From positions 164,850 to 228,849 of the IMG/VR virus record IMGVR_UViG_3300034117_001294: a stretch of DNA of 64,000 nt. One strand, written 5' to 3'. Position numbers and translations under genes: made by a program. The notes under the pieces were generated by a model. That model was not told the DNA's origin. It saw nothing but the letters and a program-made list of their open reading frames with translations, and searched no databases. Shown piece by piece: positions 17,601-25,787 of the stretch; the first letter of the stretch is position 1; each line of letters begins with the position of its first letter.

Positions 17601-19501
17601 ATGGTTGGTACGGATTTGATGCAGGTTATAGTGGTAACGGTGGAGATGGTGGTAGTGATGGTGGTGAGAGCATGAATCAAGAAAACTTTGCTGATAGTCG
17701 TAATCCACAAGACAACAGCAACAGTAAACGGCAAATGTTAAAAATTGCATCATTAAACAATATTAAAGATGTGAACAAAATTAATGCAGGGCAGATGTTA
17801 AAATTGCCTAACGGCACAACTTATAAAGTAATGCCTGGAGATACCCTGTCTACAATTGCGGCAAGACAAGTGAAAGATCAATCTTCTCCAATGCCCCAAC
17901 CCTCAGTTAAACAAGGTCCAAACTCTAACATAGATCAAACGACAAGAGATAAAGCACAGGCATTTGTTGGTCAACAAAAACCAGAAATGGGTGGTGGCAG
18001 GGGGGTCGTTAATCCAGCAACCGTCCGGCCCGACGAACCAACCCAAACCGGAGTTCGAAGTGGTCCTAACACAAACATAGATCAACCAGCAAGAGATAGG
18101 GCCAAAGCGGCTGTTACTAAAATTTCTAGTGAAGACGATATCATGAATATGGTTAAAGATCATGAAGGTGTAAAAAATAAACCATACCAAGATACAAAAG
18201 GATTATGGACTGTAGGAGTAGGTCACTTAATTGGTGATGGCAAGACTCTCCCTTCAGAGTGGAAAAGAACATTTTCAGACGCAGAAATAATGAATCTGTT
18301 TAAAAAGGATTATCAGCATCATAAACAGGCAGCAGAAAAAATTCCTGGATTTAGTAATTTAAACATGAACGGACAGGCTGCTCTAATTGATCTAACATTT
18401 AACATGGGTCCAAGATGGTGGAAGGCTTGGCCTAATTTTACAAAAGCCATGCAAGCAGGAAACATAGATCAAGCAGCAAATGCATTAAAAAATAGTGCAT
18501 GGTATTCACAAGTTGGTAGAAGAGCACCTAAAATTGTATCTCTTTTACAGAGCGGAGATCGATCTGTAGCAGAAAACTTTGCGGATGGACGTAATCCACA
18601 AGACAAGGGCGACAGTAAACGTCACGGCGTTCCTACAAAATCGTCAGTGAGCAATCTACGTAAAGTAGCTAAACAAGGCGGCCGTAAAGGACAATTAGCA
18701 CATTGGATGGCAAATATGAAAGCAGGTAAAGCAAAAGCTAAGAATGAAGACTTCAACGGCGAATACGACGACGAAGCAGGAATGGCACAGAGTAATCTAC
18801 GCACAATGGCTCGTGCAGTTGATGGTTTATTAAAAACTATTAAGAGCAACGATAACTTGCCAGAATGGGGACAAGAAAAGATTGCCAAAGCAGAAATGAT
18901 GTTGGTCAGTGTCTGGGATTATTTGTTAAGCCAAAAAGAAATGGGCATGGATCCTAAGATCAACGAAAGCAAGGCTGTAGAAAGTTTAAGACAGATTGTC
19001 GCAGAGTTGTCCAATGAAAAATTAGGACAATATAAAAAGGCCGCCGGTGATCAAGCAACTGCCGCAGACAAAGCGGGCGACTATGCTAAGGGTCATAAAC
19101 GTTTCAAAGGAATTGTTAAAGCAACTAACAAGCAGTTTGATAATGATGCTAAAAAGCATAGAGAGCAAGGTATGGCGGAGGCTGGCAGCAATGCTATAGA
19201 TACTGTATCTAAACGCTTAACTGATCCTAAAGATGGAATGACAGCCAAACTTAGAGCAGCTGGTGATAAGAAACGCGATAGTCAGTACATGGGCACACAG
19301 ATTGCTAAGAATGATCGAACCAGTAAAGACGAATGGGGCAACTTAAAAGAAAAGATTAAAGGTGCAGACGGCAAAGCCTGTTGGAAAGGTTATAAGTACG
19401 CAGGTACTAAGAACGGTAAAGACAAGTGTGTGCCAATTGGCGAAGCCTACGAACTTGAAATGACCCTGGCTATTCTAAAGCTGTTTGAAAGTAATAAATG
19501 A
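14693..19501 (+). CDS. 1602-aa multidomain polyprotein: Pol-beta-like nucleotidyltransferase, ligase-like domain, HIGH nucleotidyltransferase, LysM-like, GH24 lysozyme, charged modules
   Basis: SGSS..GDID; KIDG..CEV..EGIVI..IKV; GHKGH..VGED..MSFTKLR; YKVMPGDTLSTIA; HEG..PYQDTKGLWTVGVGH..LIDLTFNMG..SAWYSQVGRRA. Confidence 0.8.
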   Translation: MNLNELFSNKKKVVSEGGNLSLPGGHDAQQIDLKVHNRSYIVPILDTLLININSSFAKKYKKPLWNPQLLQSKQFLSGSSLHFFNTKGITDQQFVEKKPKVGDIDTQVNKENEQELEQWLSASQGKMVGNAKFLGFQRGNEQFSSLWELQDPPIKVQIDLEFVEFDKDEPTPWSKFSHSSSWDDLNAGVKGVFHKFLIQSLASLSRKDFLLRKAVGRGKAKEIQDVPTTDNMVSFAVSSKEGGGLRAKYEPVLDANGQPLISNGMPVMQALPATGYEQDIGKIFGSIFGSRLNPKQAAQLESKYWSFTGLVDAMNTLVTPEEKQSVLSAFIDKIFGKGAQGLYKGDPERDSAEKSAALDLMINKLGVQTPSDLEQMKQQYKASYRVTAESLQEAEVKAQFRKNMPHLRDLKPIDFLDLLDEIHDGNGNFKLQNIPLNVKIDGFGGRFGKDAEGKPFMATSNTPPRYKAGFVQYHQDKGTTDPEILGRAEKFDELFNEMMNAIKLVDSKLGADFLVNKQVTCEVLFLPFAAETSEGKLKFVGIQYDKFPPGVELVLVPFRVVDASSGEDVPDANDVVTSLSKLGGQGSVRFLSNSLVQKDGLDVTEIINPLDNIEELKQIVSDTAGKRDRASLQLRREVEEKLMPVKIALEKAIDADPNIIGKDILGQDYEGIVINSRLGPIKVTSQQQKDIITQKNAAKAAARAEQPRGENKTAVVAIGSFVGHKGHQQLFGLTINKAKEVSGDPYLFMGSAVGADDPIPVADKIKTWKQLYPEYAGNISAVTQEGGSLMQKIKHELINPLPGKPPRYDNVIIMVGEDQAKMPIAQALMKAVNKFPGYEHVKVQLEVTPRGTGMSFTKLRNVLKTGDEQQAFQMWNDAFNGGQDGAKPLPSQWIKHLMDVSKTGMSTPQPKPAVKKPAVLPTPQTVQQPALGEMRLFNALMSPKKIVNEKTIEERKRKKSKGAAWGPGPYGWYGFDAGYSGNGGDGGSDGGESMNQENFADSRNPQDNSNSKRQMLKIASLNNIKDVNKINAGQMLKLPNGTTYKVMPGDTLSTIAARQVKDQSSPMPQPSVKQGPNSNIDQTTRDKAQAFVGQQKPEMGGGRGVVNPATVRPDEPTQTGVRSGPNTNIDQPARDRAKAAVTKISSEDDIMNMVKDHEGVKNKPYQDTKGLWTVGVGHLIGDGKTLPSEWKRTFSDAEIMNLFKKDYQHHKQAAEKIPGFSNLNMNGQAALIDLTFNMGPRWWKAWPNFTKAMQAGNIDQAANALKNSAWYSQVGRRAPKIVSLLQSGDRSVAENFADGRNPQDKGDSKRHGVPTKSSVSNLRKVAKQGGRKGQLAHWMANMKAGKAKAKNEDFNGEYDDEAGMAQSNLRTMARAVDGLLKTIKSNDNLPEWGQEKIAKAEMMLVSVWDYLLSQKEMGMDPKINESKAVESLRQIVAELSNEKLGQYKKAAGDQATAADKAGDYAKGHKRFKGIVKATNKQFDNDAKKHREQGMAEAGSNAIDTVSKRLTDPKDGMTAKLRAAGDKKRDSQYMGTQIAKNDRTSKDEWGNLKEKIKGADGKACWKGYKYAGTKNGKDKCVPIGEAYELEMTLAILKLFESNK
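17681..18621 (+). repeat. about 50-bp imperfect direct repeat (17681-17730, 18572-18621) flanking the LysM-lysozyme module
   Basis: GAAAACTTTGCTGATAGTCGTAATCCACAAGACAACAGCAACAGTAAACG vs GAAAACTTTGCGGATGGACGTAATCCACAAGACAAGGGCGACAGTAAACG. Confidence 0.85.
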
Positions 19502-19764
19502 AGCAATATCGAATAGCAGGATTTCCTGTAGATACTTCAACTGATCCAGACTGTGCTCTAAGCCCAGATGATCCTATACATGCACTACAATCTAGTAACT
19601 GGTTAGGAGAGTTAGGTGCAGAACAGCGTATGCGTGAATACTTAAAAAAGAGAGACACACCTTTGCATAGTCAGCACGGTAATGAAAATGCTCGCATAAT
19701 GCGTGAACAAGGAATTAAACCGGGTACACCGGCTTGGTTCGAACTTTGGTTTGGTAAAAAATAA
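19498..19764 (+). CDS. hypothetical protein (GIKPGTPAWFELWF motif)
   Basis: ORF coupled to polyprotein stop. Confidence 0.75.
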   Translation: MKQYRIAGFPVDTSTDPDCALSPDDPIHALQSSNWLGELGAEQRMREYLKKRDTPLHSQHGNENARIMREQGIKPGTPAWFELWFGKK

Positions 19765-19772
19765 ATAACATT

Positions 19773-20144
19773 ATGAGAGCAAAAGAATTCATCGCTGAAA
19801 GAAAAGAAGGTAAGATAACAAAACGTCAGCAACAATCTACTAGGGGTCTGCATCGTTATTCAGACGCCGAAAAAGCAGATAGCGGTTATGTTAGCTTTAG
19901 AGTAGGCATGGCCGCAGCTATGAGCGATGGAAAAAATAAATTAGACATCGATTCAAAGAGTTGGGCAGGAAAGAAAAAGACTGCACATCCTTACACTCAA
20001 GTGGAAGCAGACATGCTCAAAGCAGCATACAAAGCTGCCGGTGCCAGTTATGAAGATATGAATCACGGCGATATGGATAGTTGCGAGTTAGACTCGACTA
20101 ATATATACGGGCCTGTACCAGATAGAAAGAAACTAACAAAATGA
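19773..20144 (+). CDS. putative internal head protein (MRAKEFIAE leader)
   Basis: TAAATA at 19762; N-terminus closely resembles T4 capsid targeting sequence MKTYQEFIAE. Confidence 0.7.
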   Translation: MRAKEFIAERKEGKITKRQQQSTRGLHRYSDAEKADSGYVSFRVGMAAAMSDGKNKLDIDSKSWAGKKKTAHPYTQVEADMLKAAYKAAGASYEDMNHGDMDSCELDSTNIYGPVPDRKKLTK

Positions 20145-21328
20145 GAATTAAACAACTTTTAGAATCAGCAACTACTGGAGGCACAAGCTCAGCATCAGTA
20201 GCAACAGTTGCAAAAGGCAGTAAGGGAATGATTAAACGTCAGAAACCTACTGACAATGCATTGGATAGTGGAAAGTTGTTTCAAGAAACTAACGCTGCGG
20301 AAGGCAAGGAAGATAAGATTGCTCAACTAAAGAAAGACCATGACACCGCAGTGCATTGGAGCAAGAATGAAACAAGCCCACAAAAGCGTGAGGCTGCTCG
20401 TCAAAAGGCTGAAAAGATCAAGCGTCACTTAGATACACAATACAAGCAAGGTGTGGCGGAGGTTAGTGATGCTACGCTAACCAGTTATCTAACAAAATTA
20501 GATAAAGATAATCTTAAACACAGAATGGATCCCACAAAACGCAGTGACACAAAACGCATGAAAAGTGGTCCTAATTTTGTTAAAGCGTTTACCAAATTGG
20601 ATAATAAAAAGCAAGGTGTGGCGGAGGCCACAGGTGACGAAAAATTTGATAAATCAATGAGAAAAATGACTGGAAAAATTACTCCAGGCGATGCTGACGA
20701 GATGTGGCCGACACAAGAATTTGAACCAGTTGATCTTGATCCATCATACTTGCCAAGTATGGAAAAATACAAGGCAAAATTATTTCCATTGGCTTACCAA
20801 TACTGGACTGACGGCGACAATGCAGATGAATTAAGAGCATTAGGATGGGAACCCGATTATGGCGACGACTATGTTATGGTGGTGCTGTCTGGCATCGGAC
20901 ACGACGGTCACATTCAATACGACAAATATGATTTTGATGCTGAAGATGAAAACAATGAAGGTGTGGCGGAGGTAGCACCGCCGGGAGCCAAAGCCGAACG
21001 CATGGTCAAGCATATTAAAAAGGGATATGCTAAAGATGGTAAGTTAACTAAAACTGAAAAAAGCAAGGCATACGGTGCTGCATGGAAAGCACACAATGCC
21101 GGCAAAGTAGAAGAACAAAGTGTAGAAGAAAACAAGAAAGGTGTACGTGCTGTGAAACATGCAGTTAAGCCTAGAAACTTTGTTGCCAAGAACGCAGTAC
21201 AAAGTGGTGCAGGTGCTCACAAAGATAAAAAGAAAGCACAAAAGCAAGGTGATGTAAAACACAAGGCTAAAGAGCCAGCTTACGAATCTAAGCTATGGGC
21301 AGCATTAGATCGAAGAATTATCAAGTAA
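20141..21328 (+). CDS. modular charged protein with GVAE junctions, putative internal head polyprotein
   Basis: MRIKQLLE leader; three GVAE junctions; Lys-rich and Asp-rich modules. Confidence 0.75.
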   Translation: MRIKQLLESATTGGTSSASVATVAKGSKGMIKRQKPTDNALDSGKLFQETNAAEGKEDKIAQLKKDHDTAVHWSKNETSPQKREAARQKAEKIKRHLDTQYKQGVAEVSDATLTSYLTKLDKDNLKHRMDPTKRSDTKRMKSGPNFVKAFTKLDNKKQGVAEATGDEKFDKSMRKMTGKITPGDADEMWPTQEFEPVDLDPSYLPSMEKYKAKLFPLAYQYWTDGDNADELRALGWEPDYGDDYVMVVLSGIGHDGHIQYDKYDFDAEDENNEGVAEVAPPGAKAERMVKHIKKGYAKDGKLTKTEKSKAYGAAWKAHNAGKVEEQSVEENKKGVRAVKHAVKPRNFVAKNAVQSGAGAHKDKKKAQKQGDVKHKAKEPAYESKLWAALDRRIIK

Positions 21329-21744
21329 TGAAAATCATAGACCTATTAGAGGATGTAAATTCAAAACCTGATTTTATGAAAATACTTCAGGAGTTTCTTC
21401 CCTTTGCAGTCAATGAACTTAAATTAAAATCTGTTCCAAAAATTAAAATGCATTTACGTATTGGCAGCGTAGATGATCAACCTAGTTTTGGTAGTTTTAA
21501 CAGTGAAACTAAAATAATCAATATTGCAATTGAAGATAGACATCCTTTAGATATTTTAAGAACTCTTGCACACGAGATGGTACATTACAAACAAAACGAA
21601 GAAACTGGACTGAAGCCAGGTGCGGGTGCTACCGGTAGCCCTGAAGAAAATCAAGCACACGAACTAGCTGGTATTGTGATGCGTAAATTTAATAAAGCGA
21701 ACCCTGAATTTTTTAATACCGACGCTGTTAATCTAGAAGAATAA
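21328..21744 (+). CDS. putative zincin metallopeptidase-like protein (MKIIDLLE leader)
   Basis: LRTLAHEMVH (HExxH) followed by ENQA; TAATG coupling. Confidence 0.75.
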   Translation: MKIIDLLEDVNSKPDFMKILQEFLPFAVNELKLKSVPKIKMHLRIGSVDDQPSFGSFNSETKIINIAIEDRHPLDILRTLAHEMVHYKQNEETGLKPGAGATGSPEENQAHELAGIVMRKFNKANPEFFNTDAVNLEE

Positions 21745-21745
21745 A

Positions 21746-22381
21746 ATGAGTTTCTTAGTTGCAAACTTACCTCCGGTGCATTGTTTTGTACGCAAAGAAT
21801 TTTTGTATGATTTTAAGTCAGGACAGGGCGAATACGAACCGTGCATATGGGTGTCAATCAAAAGCCTGCGTAGTCAAGCATTCCGTATAGAAAGCTATTT
21901 GCCCAGATACGGAGCACTGTACGACAAACTACCTTTACATGCCTATGTAAGCAGAAACACCGATTTAGAGCCAGACAAGTTTGTACCACTCGATACACTG
22001 CAAATATGGGACTGCTTCAGCTATGATATTGCTGTAATACAAAAGGCGTTCTTACGTAATCTTTCCTGCGAGTTCTATGCCAAGGATCGTCAGCTACACA
22101 AAGGCGACTATATGTTTACCGTAGACAATGCTAGTCCAGATCTCAATGTTATAGACACTAGCTACTCAGAGTGGCCCGAAGATCACAAAAGTTTTAACTT
22201 TATACAACTAGATAATGGACAATATGCCGCACAGCCCAATAATCGTTGCAGATTCTTTGATGCAGCCAGTAACCCTAAAGAAATGTTATTTCCAGATTTT
22301 AAAGTTGCTACAAAAAAATGGGTTGTAGAAACAAACCCCAAATGGCGATTGGGCGACTCCGATACAGTAACTTACGAATAA
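21746..22381 (+). CDS. conserved hypothetical phage protein
   Basis: 211-aa ORF; LQIWDCFSY, EDHKS, GQYAAQPNNR. Confidence 0.8.
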   Translation: MSFLVANLPPVHCFVRKEFLYDFKSGQGEYEPCIWVSIKSLRSQAFRIESYLPRYGALYDKLPLHAYVSRNTDLEPDKFVPLDTLQIWDCFSYDIAVIQKAFLRNLSCEFYAKDRQLHKGDYMFTVDNASPDLNVIDTSYSEWPEDHKSFNFIQLDNGQYAAQPNNRCRFFDAASNPKEMLFPDFKVATKKWVVETNPKWRLGDSDTVTYE

Positions 22382-22385
22382 AAGT

Positions 22386-22414
22386 TTGACACTGTGGTTG
22401 CATTAGTATATACT
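22386..22414 (+). promoter_or_regulatory. sigma70 early promoter
   Basis: TTGACA, 17-nt spacer, TATACT. Confidence 0.75.
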
Positions 22415-22437
22415 TAATGTTCACAGGAGATTAATTT

Positions 22438-22707
22438 ATGTCAAAAGCATTCGGTGCACCAGAGCAAGCAAAGATTAAGCAGATTGTCGCAGAAGGTATG
22501 ACAGTTATGCAGGAAATTCAAGACTTAACAGAAGGATTGAATGAAACAATCAAAGCTGTTGCAGAGGAACTTGAAGTCAAGCCAAGCGTTATCAAGAAGG
22601 CTATCAAGATTGCACAAAAAGATACATGGGATCAAGTGTTCCGTGAGTTTGATGATTTGGAAACTATTGTTGATATTAGCGGTCACAGTTTTCGTAAGGA
22701 AGATTAA
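22438..22707 (+). CDS. small dsDNA-binding protein (T4 DsbA/GapR-like coiled coil)
   Basis: 89-aa helical protein, IKAVAEELEVKPSVIKKAIKIA; AGGAG RBS. Confidence 0.6.
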   Translation: MSKAFGAPEQAKIKQIVAEGMTVMQEIQDLTEGLNETIKAVAEELEVKPSVIKKAIKIAQKDTWDQVFREFDDLETIVDISGHSFRKED

Positions 22708-22994
22708 TGGGCCTTGTCCAAAAAATATATAATTGGGCGAGAACTGATTATCGAGAGTGGCCAACTCGATTTTCATTAGAAATTGCTGCCTGGCTAATGA
22801 GTCTCGGATGTTCCTTAACATTGGCCGCAGGAGCAACTGATCCTTTATTTTTCTATCTATATCCTATATTCATTTTACAATGTGCAATATTCGGGTGGGC
22901 TGCTTGGACTCGTAAGAGTACTGGCATGGTTGCAAACTATCTACTATTAGTCACTATTGACATTGTTGGATACGTTAGACTATTAAATATATAA
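22707..22994 (+). CDS. small membrane protein (about 3 TM helices)
   Basis: Hydrophobic segments; TAATG coupling. Confidence 0.7.
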   Translation: MGLVQKIYNWARTDYREWPTRFSLEIAAWLMSLGCSLTLAAGATDPLFFYLYPIFILQCAIFGWAAWTRKSTGMVANYLLLVTIDIVGYVRLLNI

Positions 22995-23004
22995 GAGAAA
23001 GGTT

Positions 23005-23058
23005 TGATCAGCCATAAATGATCATGTTGGTATTTGTAGGCCACAAACTACAAAGGAG
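23005..23058 (+). promoter_or_regulatory. twin stem-loops in DNA polymerase 5' UTR, putative translational operator
   Basis: TGATCA-GCCATAAA-TGATCA and TTTGTAG-GCCACAAA-CTACAAA, the second abutting AAGGAG. Confidence 0.65.
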
Positions 23059-23064
23059 AAAAAA

Positions 23065-25734
23065 ATGAGCTACGTCGATTCAATGTGGGATCGCGACAAG
23101 GACGTTATTCGCGTCGTTGAGCGTGATCCCAAAAAAGGCAGAATCTTTCAAGATTATCCTGCCAAATATGTATTATACTACCCAGACTCTAAAGGAAAAT
23201 ATCGTTCAATTTACGGTGATCCTCTTAGCAAAGTTTCTGTCAAAAATTACAAAGAGTTCCAAAAAGAAACCCGAATTCATTCAGGAAAGAAACTCTTTGA
23301 AAATGATATTAATCCTGTATTCCGATGCCTAGAAGAAAACTATTTAGGCAAAGATGCTCCTAAGCTCAATGTAGCATTTTGGGACATTGAAGTAGACTTT
23401 GATCCAGAACGTGGTTACAGTACTCCTGAAGATGCGTTCATGCCAATTACTGCGATTTCTGTCCACCTACAATGGTTAGATACATTAGTATGTCTTGCAG
23501 TCCCCCCAAAGACACTGACAATGGAGCAAGCAGTAGAGCAGGTAAAAGACTTTCCTAACACAATGCTGTTTGAAACAGAATACGAAATGTTGGAAACATT
23601 CCTGGGCTTGATTCAAGATGCAGATATTTTAAGCGGATGGAACAGTGAAGGATACGATATGCCTTATACTGTCAACCGCATCATTAAAGTTCTTAGCAAA
23701 GAAGATACCCGTAGGTTATGTCTATGGGACCAGTTCCCCAAGAAACGGGAGTACGAGAAGTATGGAAAAAAGGCTATTACTTATGATCTTGTTGGTCGTG
23801 TTCATTTGGACAGTCTCGAGTTGTACCGCAAGTACACCTATGAAGAGCGACATACATACCGATTGGATGCAATTGGAGAGATGGAGGTAGGTGAAACTAA
23901 GACGCAGTACGAAGGTACCCTAGATCAATTGTACAACAATGACTTCCGCAAGTTTATTGAATACAACAGGCAAGATACTGCATTGCTGAATAAACTAGAT
24001 AATAAATTAAAATTTATTGACCTAGCAAATACACTAGCACATGAATGTACTGTGTTGTTACAGACCACAATGGGTGCTGTGGCTGTAACTGAGCAGGCCA
24101 TTGTAAATGAAGCTCATCATCGAGGACTAATTGTTCCGGGTCGTCCTAAACGTGATGATGATTTAGAAACACAAGCCGCTGGTGCGTATGTTGCATATCC
24201 TAAGAAAGGATTGCATGACTGGATTGGATCAATGGACATTAACTCATTGTATCCGTCAGCTATTCGTGCATTAAACATGGGACCAGAAACTATTGTTGGG
24301 CAGTTACGTCAATCTTATACCAAAGCTGAAATTGAAGGTAAGATAGCAAAGGGTTCTAGCTTTGCAGCCTCTTGGGAAGGCAAGTTCGGCAGTAACGAAT
24401 ACGAACTTGTCATGGCAAAAGATCGTGTAACTGATATCACAGTTGATTGGGAAGATGGCAGAGTTGATGTGCTAAGTGGGGCTCAAATTTATGAACTGAT
24501 TTTTGAAAGTAATCAGCCGTGGGTTATCTCAGCAAACGGTACTATCTTTACCTATGAGAAAGAAGGGATCATTCCTGGATTGTTGAAACGTTGGTATGCC
24601 GAACGTAAAGAAATGCAGGCAAAATTAAAAGAATGTATTGCATCGGGGAATAAAGTTGAAGAAGAATATTGGGATAAAAGACAGCTGGTTAAAAAGATTA
24701 ACCTTAATAGCTTATACGGTGCTATTCTTAACGCTGGTTGTAGGTTCTTTGATAATCGTATTGGGCAATCCACAACTCTTACTGGTAGACGGATCGCCAG
24801 GCATATGGCTTCGAAAGTAAATGAAGTTATTACTGGAGACTATAACTACACCGGCAAGAGTGTGATATACGGTGATACTGACTCTGTATATTTTAGTGCA
24901 TACACTACTTTAAAAAATGATATCAATAAAGGGGTAATTCCCTGGAACAAAGAAGTTGTCGTTCAACTATACGATACTATCTCTGAAGAAGTAAATGGAA
25001 CATTTCCACAATTTATGTTGGACGATTTTCATTGCCCAAAAACTCGAGGAGATGTTATTAAGGCCGGTCGAGAATTTGTTGCTATCAAAGGCATCTTTAT
25101 GACCAAGAAGCGATACGCTATCTTGTACTTTGACAAGGAAGGTAAGAGGCAAGATATAGATGGCAAGCCAGGTAAAATCAAAGCCATGGGCTTAGATTTG
25201 AAACGTAGTGATACTCCTGAATTTATGCAAAACTTTTTAAGCGAGATTTTAACCAAAGTTCTTAACAATGCTCAAGAAGAAGAAATTCTAGAACGTATCG
25301 GTGAGTTCCGAAGTGAATTCAAACAGAGGCCTGGGTGGGAGAAGGGTAGTCCTAAACGTGCAAATAACATTGCAGAGTATCAGGCCAAAGAAGTCAAAGC
25401 GGGTAGAACCAACATGCCCGGACATGTTCGTGCTAGTATTAATTGGAATACTCTTAAACGTATGAACGGTGACAAATACTCGATGGGTATTGTAGACGGC
25501 ATGAAAGTTATTGTGTGCAAGATGAAAGACAATCCATTAGGATACACTTCAATTGCATATCCAGTTGACGAAATGCGTTTACCGAAATGGTTCCAAGAAC
25601 TTCCGTTTGATCATGGGGAGATGGAGGCAACCATTATTAACAATAAGCTAGAAAACCTTATTGGAGTACTAGAGTGGGATTTAGAATCCACTACACAAAA
25701 TAATACATTCGGCAGTTTATTCAGCTTTGAATAA
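23065..25734 (+). CDS. B-family DNA polymerase (T4 gp43-like)
   Basis: ExoI DIE, ExoII GWNSEGYD, ExoIII YNRQD, motif A DINSLYPS, motif B KINLNSLYG, motif C YGDTDS, KKRY. Confidence 0.96.
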   Translation: MSYVDSMWDRDKDVIRVVERDPKKGRIFQDYPAKYVLYYPDSKGKYRSIYGDPLSKVSVKNYKEFQKETRIHSGKKLFENDINPVFRCLEENYLGKDAPKLNVAFWDIEVDFDPERGYSTPEDAFMPITAISVHLQWLDTLVCLAVPPKTLTMEQAVEQVKDFPNTMLFETEYEMLETFLGLIQDADILSGWNSEGYDMPYTVNRIIKVLSKEDTRRLCLWDQFPKKREYEKYGKKAITYDLVGRVHLDSLELYRKYTYEERHTYRLDAIGEMEVGETKTQYEGTLDQLYNNDFRKFIEYNRQDTALLNKLDNKLKFIDLANTLAHECTVLLQTTMGAVAVTEQAIVNEAHHRGLIVPGRPKRDDDLETQAAGAYVAYPKKGLHDWIGSMDINSLYPSAIRALNMGPETIVGQLRQSYTKAEIEGKIAKGSSFAASWEGKFGSNEYELVMAKDRVTDITVDWEDGRVDVLSGAQIYELIFESNQPWVISANGTIFTYEKEGIIPGLLKRWYAERKEMQAKLKECIASGNKVEEEYWDKRQLVKKINLNSLYGAILNAGCRFFDNRIGQSTTLTGRRIARHMASKVNEVITGDYNYTGKSVIYGDTDSVYFSAYTTLKNDINKGVIPWNKEVVVQLYDTISEEVNGTFPQFMLDDFHCPKTRGDVIKAGREFVAIKGIFMTKKRYAILYFDKEGKRQDIDGKPGKIKAMGLDLKRSDTPEFMQNFLSEILTKVLNNAQEEEILERIGEFRSEFKQRPGWEKGSPKRANNIAEYQAKEVKAGRTNMPGHVRASINWNTLKRMNGDKYSMGIVDGMKVIVCKMKDNPLGYTSIAYPVDEMRLPKWFQELPFDHGEMEATIINNKLENLIGVLEWDLESTTQNNTFGSLFSFE

Positions 25735-25741
25735 AATTTAT

Positions 25742-25770
25742 TTGACATTATACAAATTTCTAAATATACT
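25742..25770 (+). promoter_or_regulatory. sigma70 promoter overlapping a late-type TAAATA
   Basis: TTGACA, 17-nt spacer, TATACT; TAAATA at 25761-25766. Confidence 0.7.
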
Positions 25771-25787
25771 AAACAAAAGGATTTAAA

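Larger units (their letters stand above)
19164..20972 (+). repeat. dispersed GC-rich repeat (AGC)AAGGT(G/A)TGGCGGAGG encoding (Q/E)G(V/M)AE
   Basis: Copies at 19164-19181, 20444-20462, 20609-20627 and 20958-20972. Confidence 0.9.

Noticed and set aside
19164-20972. GVAE repeats as a CRISPR array
   Set aside because: Repeats are only 15-19 nt, spacing is irregular (165 to over 1200 nt), they are in frame within coding sequence, and no cas genes are present
23065-25734. Intein or intron in DNA polymerase (extra sequence between motifs A and B)
   Set aside because: No C/S...HN intein termini or LAGLIDADG motifs, frame uninterrupted, and total length normal for the family
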